This document shows positions 57,387 through 64,000 of a stretch of 64,000 nucleotides of DNA, one piece after another (position 1 is the first letter of the stretch; each line of letters starts with the position of its first letter). The notes beneath the pieces were generated by a model, which did no database searches, was not told where the DNA came from, and saw only the letters and a program-made list of their open reading frames with translations. A program made the translations under genes and the position numbers. Location of the stretch: assembly GCA_041659325.1 (NCBI GenBank), contig JBAZYN010000002.1, forward strand, positions 206,082-270,081. Reading direction: 5' to 3'. The DNA is from Candidatus Shapirobacteria bacterium. GTDB lineage: Bacteria > Patescibacteriota > Microgenomatia > UBA12405.

Positions 57387-57956
57387 ATGGGCGAAGATGA
57401 TGTTGCTGAGATGACTACTCCTGCAGAAGAGATAGATATAAAGGACGTTTATAAGGGGCCGATGATAAATGTAGTGGAGGAAAGCAGGAAAGGTCTGATT
57501 AGTAACCAGAGAGTATCAGAGATGTTGGAGGTATTAGGTAAAGGTGGAGTAGTGATGGTGGAATCCGCCTTCCCTCGATTTGCTATGTATGATAGTGGTA
57601 AATTGGAATTTGGTTTGCCGAAGGAACCGGAAACGGAAGTTGGTGTGATACATGAGTTAGTCCATGCTGAACAGTGGCTCGGGGTTTTTAGGGAAGGTAT
57701 TACTCCCGAACAATTTATGCAATGGCTCGATGGAGATGATTCTGGTATTGCAGAAGTACTCGCTGAAATATCAGCGTATAGAGTTCAGCTAGAACAGCTC
57801 TTTTTTAGAGGGATTGCCGAAGGCGAAATTGTAGAAGAATTACGAAGGAGGGTTGGTTGGGGGGAGGAAATAGTTAGAGAGGCTGGTTATGAGGTTCCGG
57901 AGGATATAAAAAATCCGTATTGTGATTTTATGGGTATAGAACATCTTAATGAATAA
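57387..57956 (+). CDS. Hypothetical acidic protein with HExxH motif (putative zinc metallopeptidase)
   Basis: VIHELVHAEQ with downstream E..AY. Confidence 0.65.
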   Translation: MGEDDVAEMTTPAEEIDIKDVYKGPMINVVEESRKGLISNQRVSEMLEVLGKGGVVMVESAFPRFAMYDSGKLEFGLPKEPETEVGVIHELVHAEQWLGVFREGITPEQFMQWLDGDDSGIAEVLAEISAYRVQLEQLFFRGIAEGEIVEELRRRVGWGEEIVREAGYEVPEDIKNPYCDFMGIEHLNE

Positions 57957-59193
57957 AAAGTACGAAATTATTAACCTAGATAATGGAATAAGGGCGTTGG
58001 TAGTGCCACTTCGGGGGTTGAAGTCGGTGACGGTGGAGGTGTTTGTAAAGATCGGGTCGAAATATGAAGGCCCGGGTGAACATGGGATGAGCCATTTTTT
58101 GGAACACATGGCTTTTAAGGGAACTATGAAGAGGCCTAGTGCCAGATCTATAGTTAATGAAATTGACAGTCGGGGGGCGGCACACAATGCCGGGACGGGT
58201 CATGAATATACGTCTTACTACATAAAGACGGTACAAGAAAATGTACCATGGGCGTTGGAGCTGTTGGCGGATATTTTGTTTAATTCAAAATTTGATGGTG
58301 AAGAGATAAAAAAGGAGAAGGGGGTGATTGTTGAAGAGATAAGAATGTACAAAGATAATCCGGTAATGGGATTATCTTCGGAATTTGTAAAATTTCTTTA
58401 CGGAAAGTCAAAAATTGGTTGTTGGAACATATCGGGAGAGGAAAAGGATATATCTGTTATTAATAGAGGTACTTTGATTGATTACCGGGAAAGATACATG
58501 ATGCCAGATGATATATTGGTTGTGATTGCGGGGGATGTAGACACGGACTTTAAGGAAACTACAAAATATTTTTCTTCTTTTACAAGTGCATCAGGCGTTG
58601 GTCTACCAAGCATTCAAATAGTGTTGAATGATAATATGAGTATCAGAAAGACACAAGAGACAAATCAGGGTCATTTTTGTGTGGGGGTGCCGACTATTTC
58701 ATGGAGAGATGACAGAAGATACGCGATGAAACTATTAGAGATTATTCTTGGTGGATACAGCTCTTCAAAGCTGCAGCAGAGGATTAGGGAGGATGAGGGA
58801 ATGGCATATTATATTCATTCGATAAGTGATAGTTTTGAGGAAGCAGGATACTTGGCTTTTCAGGCGGGAGTGAGGCCGGAGGTGCTTGATAGGGCGATTG
58901 CGTTGACAATTGAGGAGATGACGGCGGTTGGGGACAGGGTTGATGAAAGTGACTTGGTAAGGGCAAAGGATTACTTGACCGGGAGGATAAGGTTACTGAT
59001 GGATCAAAGTGATTTCTGGTCTGGCTACCTTGGCCAGAAGATGCTCTTGGAGGGGAAAATCATGAGTCCCGAAGAGGAGCTTGCCAAGTACAGATCTGTG
59101 AAAATAGAGGATGTCTACAAGCTTGCCGACCAGTACCTGACAAAAGATCAGGTAAGATTGATAACTGTATCGGGGAATAAAAGTAGAGTATAA
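57949..59193 (+). CDS. M16 (pitrilysin) family peptidase
   Basis: GMSHFLEHMAFKGT (HxxEH), EKGVIVEEI, SSKLQQRIREDEGMAY. Confidence 0.93.
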   Translation: MNKKYEIINLDNGIRALVVPLRGLKSVTVEVFVKIGSKYEGPGEHGMSHFLEHMAFKGTMKRPSARSIVNEIDSRGAAHNAGTGHEYTSYYIKTVQENVPWALELLADILFNSKFDGEEIKKEKGVIVEEIRMYKDNPVMGLSSEFVKFLYGKSKIGCWNISGEEKDISVINRGTLIDYRERYMMPDDILVVIAGDVDTDFKETTKYFSSFTSASGVGLPSIQIVLNDNMSIRKTQETNQGHFCVGVPTISWRDDRRYAMKLLEIILGGYSSSKLQQRIREDEGMAYYIHSISDSFEEAGYLAFQAGVRPEVLDRAIALTIEEMTAVGDRVDESDLVRAKDYLTGRIRLLMDQSDFWSGYLGQKMLLEGKIMSPEEELAKYRSVKIEDVYKLADQYLTKDQVRLITVSGNKSRV

Positions 59194-59691
59194 GAATACT
59201 AACAGAGTATTGTAAGTATTTGGAGTATTTTTAGCAAAAAGGTTTTTGACTGCCAGACTAAATATATGAGTAAATAGTGCCTAATGTTTCGGATCTAGTT
59301 GATATGAAGTGGTTGATAGTTTGTGAATATTTTCGGATAATTATTGTTAGTCTAGGACTAATATTGCTTTGTGAACAATGTATATCACTTAAGAACATCG
59401 ATATTTTAGGCTTAGAGAATAATGTTTTGTGAAAATCAAAGCGGTGAAATAAGTGGTTTTGAAGGTAGAGGGAGCCCTTTTTTCAGAAATATAACTAGGG
59501 TGCGGTTATTAGGATGTAGTTAGGGTTTATATGATATATAAAGGTAAGGTTACCAGACACTCCTATTTGCGGATATGAAATTTTACCGAAAATATATTTT
59601 TGAGAGAAAAAGTAGAAGAGAAAGTGCGGGGAATAAGCGGTAAGGTGCGGAGATAGGGGTATAGTAGGTATAAAAGATGCGGTAAAATTGT

Positions 59692-59760
59692 GAAACGTAA
59701 TATCAGTTTAAGCTGATAAACGTTTCAACAACGTAAGTTCCTGAAAGGAACTGTACGTTG
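59692..59760 (-). other. Two adjacent hairpins immediately 3' of tRNA-Arg (possible terminator or processing signal)
   Basis: caacgtaagttcct-gaa-aggaactgtacgttg (59729-59760) and gaaacgt..tatcag-tttaag-ctgata..acgtttc (59692-59726). Confidence 0.5.
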
Positions 59761-59832
59761 TGTCCCCACCGAGAATCGAACTCGGATCTGCTGCTTAGGA
59801 GGCGGCTATTCTATCCATTGAACTATAGGGAC
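59761..59832 (-). tRNA. tRNA-Arg(CCT), CCA not encoded
   Basis: Reverse complement gtccctatagttcaatggatagaatagccgcctCCTaagcagcagatccgagttcgattctcggtggggaca folds as a cloverleaf; one C-A mismatch in the anticodon stem. Confidence 0.9.
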
Positions 59833-59849
59833 GGAGTAAAATAATTATA

Positions 59850-59874
59850 AATTACGAATTACGAATTACGAATT
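59850..59874. repeat. Intergenic AATTACG heptamer array
   Basis: aattacg x3 plus aatt. Confidence 0.8.
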
Positions 59875-59956
59875 GGTATCGACTAGATTTGTTATTTATT
59901 AAAGTTCTGCAGTGGGTGGTCGCCATCGCTTTGATAAATTTGCTACGGTGACCGAT

Positions 59957-60068
59957 GTCGGGGTTACTGGATTTCCCCCATTCGGGGGATAAACTTCTCA
60001 TCCAGTAACTTGGTCGGGGTTACTGGATTTCCCCCATTCGGGGGATAAACTTCTCATCCAGTAACTTG
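59957..60068 (-). repeat. Two identical 56-bp units, each duplicating the tRNA-Pro 3' end
   Basis: gtcggggttactggatt recurs at 59957, 60013 and 60069 (period 56). Confidence 0.92.
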
Positions 60069-60143
60069 GTCGGGGTTACTGGATTCGAACCAGCAGCCTC
60101 AGCGTCCCGAACGCTGCGCGCTAGCCAATTGCGCCAAACCCCG
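60067..60143 (-). tRNA. tRNA-Pro(CGG) with encoded CCA
   Basis: Reverse complement cggggtttggcgcaattggctagcgcgcagcgttCGGgacgctgaggctgctggttcgaatccagtaaccccgacca. Confidence 0.95.
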
Positions 60144-60483
60144 ATAAGGATTCTCTTATATCTTAATGTACAGGCAAAAAGGGATGGAAAGTTAAGGTTC
60201 TGTCAGAAATTCCCAGAGCCTTTTTGCAAGGACTATTATATCCTATTTGAGGTGTTTTTTCCGATGGTATGTATTTATATAGAAGGAATAGGATAGGAAT
60301 ATATTGATGTGTTAGGCGAAAATGACGAGGTTATAAAATTGGCAAAAGGAGTGGGGCGGTGCTAAAAGATTTATTGTTTTATATTGATGAAAAGTGAGGG
60401 GAAAACATGAGTTTGAGGCAATATGGGTTTTGGTGGAAAAAGAATGAATTGGATATGATAGTAGAAAGGGGTTTTTTGATAAT

Positions 60484-60615
60484 TTATATGTCAACAGACC
60501 GGAAAAACTCCAATAATGGTTGCCCAATGGTTTTTTGCCAGAATAAATCCCGTTCCGGCTGTGTCATTTCGGAGAGATGTTTGCCGGTCTCAGCGTCTAT
60601 CTGAATTGAATCGAG
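60484..60615 (-). pseudogene. Duplicated 3' end (132 bp) of the HAM1-family gene
   Basis: Ungapped, roughly 90%+ identical to 62141-62272, including the stop codon. Confidence 0.88.
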
Positions 60616-60632
60616 CATTAACGTAAAGATAT

Positions 60633-61226
60633 CTATAAAATATCAATCTCTTGAGAAAGAGCTAATTGGTCAAGTCCCCAGAAATCACTGGCTTTCGCGC
60701 TAAAATGTATCTTTCCGTCTTCTGACATTCCGGCAGTTCTTAGGCCGACGGTTTCCCCCACGGCATATATTATTTTTTCATCCGGACGAAAATCGCCTAT
60801 CTTAATCCCTTCCGGCGAAGATGACCTGTTGCACGCCATAACCACTTGGACGGGAGGTTCTCCCTTGTCTTCCAGGTATTTATTTACTGCTCTTACGGTT
60901 TCAACCACGGGATATCCGTCTTCTATGGAACTAAACTGCCACTTTCCACCCTCCTCTCTTCCTCCGTGCATAAAAATTACCTGGACGTTTTCTAAAATCA
61001 CCCCTTCTGGGTGTTTTTCGTCGTATAAACTCATTACATCCGCTTTAAAAACATAAGGTGGACCCGATAAATTTCTCATTACTTCTCTGTCAACCGACCT
61101 CGTCTCTCTATTCATGGGAAAACCTCGCCTAATCCATATGTTTCTTTCTAAATCCACACAAACCAAAGTCTCTACCTGAATATCTCTTTCTGTAATTTTG
61201 ATAGGAGTTTCATCGTTCTTACCCAT
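60633..61226 (-). CDS. Hypothetical protein
   Basis: About 197-aa ORF; TATAAT 5 nt upstream of ATG 61226. FMHGG and MACN motifs are only suggestive of a His-Cys dyad. Confidence 0.7.
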   Translation of the reverse strand: MGKNDETPIKITERDIQVETLVCVDLERNIWIRRGFPMNRETRSVDREVMRNLSGPPYVFKADVMSLYDEKHPEGVILENVQVIFMHGGREEGGKWQFSSIEDGYPVVETVRAVNKYLEDKGEPPVQVVMACNRSSSPEGIKIGDFRPDEKIIYAVGETVGLRTAGMSEDGKIHFSAKASDFWGLDQLALSQEIDIL

Positions 61227-61390
61227 ATACAATTATAAACACAATTCAACGACCTGATGTTAAGCCAAAGCACCTTTTATCTATACCAATAGTTCTATAA
61301 TGTTTTCGCCGACGGAAACTGATGTTTTAGCAGCTGCGGGTAGGCACCCCGTGGGTATATCTGGCGGTGTTTGTTTGCCCTGGTTTTCAA

Positions 61391-61981
61391 CTACCCTTTT
61401 GGGGTTTCTAGGCTTGGTCTACTAAGGATGCTTTTCATAATCTCAAACTTTTCATGAGGTTCTGGACCTATAGTACTAACTGTCGGATTTTCCCTTCTTG
61501 ATTCCTCTGCCGCGCTTGCATGTCTTTTATCATCCTCATGTGTTGATTGTAATGCATCACTGAACTTGAGGTTATCGGGATCCCGATTATCAACTGGGGT
61601 GGACAAAAAGGCATCAAGCATTTTGAAGCCTTTTTTGGCAATGTCAACTAATTCAAGTAAACCTGCTTTAGATTCTCCTTCCATAGGCGAGCCTATAAGG
61701 ACAGACCCTTCTTCCCATGGTATTACCGAAAAAGATATTTGGTCATTTTGGCCATCTTCGCCTTCGGGTTGGGGTATAATTCTGGAAGATATATAAACAT
61801 AGGGGGGGCGTTCATGGTGAAGATCATCTCTTTGTAGACCGACACTGACTAGTCTTGCACCGCCTTCGGGCAAAGCTTGATATACTCTTATATCTCCAAT
61901 CCTATCCCTTACGACGGATATGTCAGGATAAGAACGAGTTAGCTCCAGTAGAGATGGGGCGCCCTCGATTTCTCTTTTCAT
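61391..61981 (-). CDS. Hypothetical protein
   Basis: 196-aa ORF; TAGAAT 7 nt upstream of the ATG. Confidence 0.7.
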   Translation of the reverse strand: MKREIEGAPSLLELTRSYPDISVVRDRIGDIRVYQALPEGGARLVSVGLQRDDLHHERPPYVYISSRIIPQPEGEDGQNDQISFSVIPWEEGSVLIGSPMEGESKAGLLELVDIAKKGFKMLDAFLSTPVDNRDPDNLKFSDALQSTHEDDKRHASAAEESRRENPTVSTIGPEPHEKFEIMKSILSRPSLETPKG

Positions 61982-62140
61982 ATACGAAATTCTAACATGT
62001 ACACGTGTCTATTAGCAATAATTTACAGGTAAATTATTCAACCTTGATTATTATAAAACGGGCTTTGGGGTTGTAGGGTAAATTTTTGATTAATTAAAAA
62101 GAAAGATCAAACAATAGTGGATTTAGTAGTTTCGGGATGG

Positions 62141-62749
62141 TTATATGTCAACAGACCGGAAAAACTTCAATAGTGGTTGCCCAATGGTTTTTTGCCAGAA
62201 TAAATCCCGTTCCGGCTGTGTCATTTCAGAGAGATATTTGCCGGATTCGGGGTCTATCTGAATTGAATCGAGGGGATAGCCTTCAACTATTTGTGGGCTG
62301 GGTTGAGCGGTAAAGGTTCTGGGAGATTTTATTGTTGTTTCCCAAGTTTTACCTTCGGGGGTGGCGATACATAGGCCAAATTCCCAATATCCGCCAACTT
62401 CTCCTCCCAACCCAAGTATTAGATCGGAGTAGTATTTAAGCATTTGTTCGTCGGAAGATATATTTGGGTAACCGTTAATTCTCCGGACATTTAATCCCGG
62501 CTGGTTTTCTGGTGGCAGGCCATTAATGTATAAAGCGTTATCCATAGAAAAAACAGGTTCTCCAAGCGTCTTGGCGTAGGCGATGGCCTTTTTGTGGGCA
62601 TTTTCAGCAGCTGTTTTCCCGTTTTCATCGACAGTCGGGAGTAATCCTTTGTCGGTGATTCCTTTTACTATAATGTGAGCCGGAGCAAGGGCACCTTCGA
62701 TTTGTTTAATTTTTGCGTTATTAGTAGTGCCAAAGAGTATTGCTTTCAT
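62141..62749 (-). CDS. HAM1/ITPase-family non-canonical NTP pyrophosphatase-like protein
   Basis: ILFGTTNNAK, VDENGKTAAENAHKKA, SMDNALYINGL..QPGLNVRR. Confidence 0.85.
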   Translation of the reverse strand: MKAILFGTTNNAKIKQIEGALAPAHIIVKGITDKGLLPTVDENGKTAAENAHKKAIAYAKTLGEPVFSMDNALYINGLPPENQPGLNVRRINGYPNISSDEQMLKYYSDLILGLGGEVGGYWEFGLCIATPEGKTWETTIKSPRTFTAQPSPQIVEGYPLDSIQIDPESGKYLSEMTQPERDLFWQKTIGQPLLKFFRSVDI

Positions 62750-62832
62750 TTTTTGAGTATAGCAAGGTAGCAAGGGGAGAGGCAGGCACTATGTGGACAA
62801 GATAATATTCCTTGTATAATCGGTGTATCTAA

Positions 62833-63465
62833 ATGAAGTTTCAACTAGTTTGCTTTGATCTAAATAAAACTCTAATTTCTGAAAACACCTGGTATGAACT
62901 AAATCTGGCCATGGGGATGACTGCTGAAGAAGATCAGGCCCTGTTCGCTCTTTATCAAAAAGGGGAATTGACATACGTTGATTGGCAAAAAGAACTGGAA
63001 AGAATTTATATAAAAAATGGCAAAGCTACACGGGAGAATATATCGAAGGTTATTTATAACTACACCTATCGTGTTGGGGCAAAGGAGGTAATAGAGTACC
63101 TAAAATCAAAAGGCTATACTCTTGCTCTTATTAGTGGGTCAATTGATGTTTTGGTTGAGAGAGTTGCGAGGGAGTGTGGAATTTCGCACTATTTGGCCAA
63201 CAACACATTTGTTTATGACAAAAATAACTATTTAAAAGAAATTAAATGTCTGGGTGGTGATGTAGAGGTAAAAGGTTTACAACTGCGGCAACTCTGTGAG
63301 GAATTAAAAATTGATATTACCCAAGTAGTATGTGTGGGGGATGGAGATAATGACTTCGAAATTTTTAAACTATCGGGGCACGGAATAACTTTTGAAGGAT
63401 CAAAGATAGAGCCGTATGCCTGGAAGACAATCGGGCAATTAACGGATCTCCGGTTAATTTTGTAG
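62833..63465 (+). CDS. HAD-IB phosphatase (phosphoserine phosphatase-like)
   Basis: FDLNKTL (motif I variant), LISGS, K, VGDGDND. Confidence 0.85.
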   Translation: MKFQLVCFDLNKTLISENTWYELNLAMGMTAEEDQALFALYQKGELTYVDWQKELERIYIKNGKATRENISKVIYNYTYRVGAKEVIEYLKSKGYTLALISGSIDVLVERVARECGISHYLANNTFVYDKNNYLKEIKCLGGDVEVKGLQLRQLCEELKIDITQVVCVGDGDNDFEIFKLSGHGITFEGSKIEPYAWKTIGQLTDLRLIL

Positions 63466-63654
63466 AGCCACCCTTCGGGGTTCGACTTTTACGCACAAGA
63501 GGCCTCCAATGGCTTATTTCAAATAAGGTCCTAAAAAGGCATTGCGCGAACGTACCAGGTAAAACCTTTCCTTTAACGACTAAACCATCCTTACAAGTTT
63601 ATAGACGAGTGATATTCGCTCCTCAATGGGAACTGTAGGCAAAAAACGGTTTTA

Positions 63655-64000
63655 TTAATAACCGCCGCCCCAGCTGATAACATCATTGACAAGAGCACAG
63701 GAGCGAAGCCCCGAACATTCGGAACCGCCAACAGTTTTCCCTGAAATCGCCCAGGCATTAAAACGGCACTCTGGTGATCCGGTGCATTTATCGGTGCCGG
63801 TGGTTAAATCACAATTGCTTGCATACATATACTTAAAGCGTCGGGTAGTCGAATCATAATTGCTAACCATATTGGTGATATTAGGATAAGTAAAAGTACA
63901 AGCCAGGCTATTACCATTGCCGGTGCATTGGCTGCCGGTAGGTAGCACCTGGTAGTAATATTTGGTCCGGCCATTTGGAAGAACTTGGGTAACTTCTTTT
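63655..64000 (-). CDS. C-terminal part of a Cys-containing, probably secreted protein (runs off the window)
   Basis: Open frame reaching the right edge; Cys/Gly/Thr-rich. Confidence 0.55.
   Translation of the reverse strand, partial: KEVTQVLPNGRTKYYYQVLPTGSQCTGNGNSLACTFTYPNITNMVSNYDSTTRRFKYMYASNCDLTTGTDKCTGSPECRFNAWAISGKTVGGSECSGLRSCALVNDVISWGGGY

Noticed and set aside
59194-59690. Replication origin or terminus in the AT-rich gap
   Set aside because: No DnaA-box cluster or dif-like site seen, and no lasting skew switch.
59957-60085. CRISPR-like repeat-spacer array
   Set aside because: The spacers are identical and the repeat is the tRNA-Pro 3' end.
60066-60296. 76-aa ORF MVGVTGFEPAAS...
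   Set aside because: Antisense reading of tRNA-Pro, a well-known spurious ORF pattern.
60484-62272. DGR template/variable repeat pair
   Set aside because: No reverse transcriptase in the window, and mismatches are not confined to adenines of one copy.
1-64000. Alternative genetic code (TGA recoding as in Gracilibacteria/Absconditabacteria)
   Set aside because: Housekeeping and giant ORFs are full-length in the standard code, and TGA serves as a stop (e.g. 1752, 39878).

Overview
Bacterial chromosome segment read in the standard code, with a strongly G-skewed + strand. Gene content (split comEC, pilin-like gene, giant surface proteins, few metabolic genes) suggests Patescibacteria/CPR, probably Microgenomates; this is inference. 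Housekeeping genes: rho, ppdK, comEA, split comEC, leuS, an M16 peptidase, a HAM1-type pyrophosphatase, a HAD phosphatase, tRNA-Arg(CCT) and tRNA-Pro(CGG). About half the window encodes surface proteins, including three of about 2,400-2,600 aa and two WxL/DUF916-like pairs. The main signal is a set of short repeat families that sit in frame inside protein-coding genes: AAAGTC 7/8-mer arrays, ATTAC/GTAAT heptamer arrays, an 18-21 nt CC...YAGG GC hairpin, 27-nt REPs around a RAYT transposase, and CTCCCCT-GTCA-AGGGGAG hairpins around a DUF559 nuclease. leuS carries six inserts and ppdK two, and others fall in ComEC, signal peptides and a prepilin leader. Some are nested in each other and excise cleanly in silico. 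Other notable points: a tyrosine-recombinase N-terminal domain fused through a TM helix to a giant fibre-like protein that shares a ...WWIIN C-terminal domain with a neighbouring TPR protein; 56-bp units that duplicate the tRNA-Pro 3' end; cassettes bounded by duplicated gene ends or promoters; and widespread leaderless-type promoter spacing. All family assignments are from motif recognition by eye; no searches were run.
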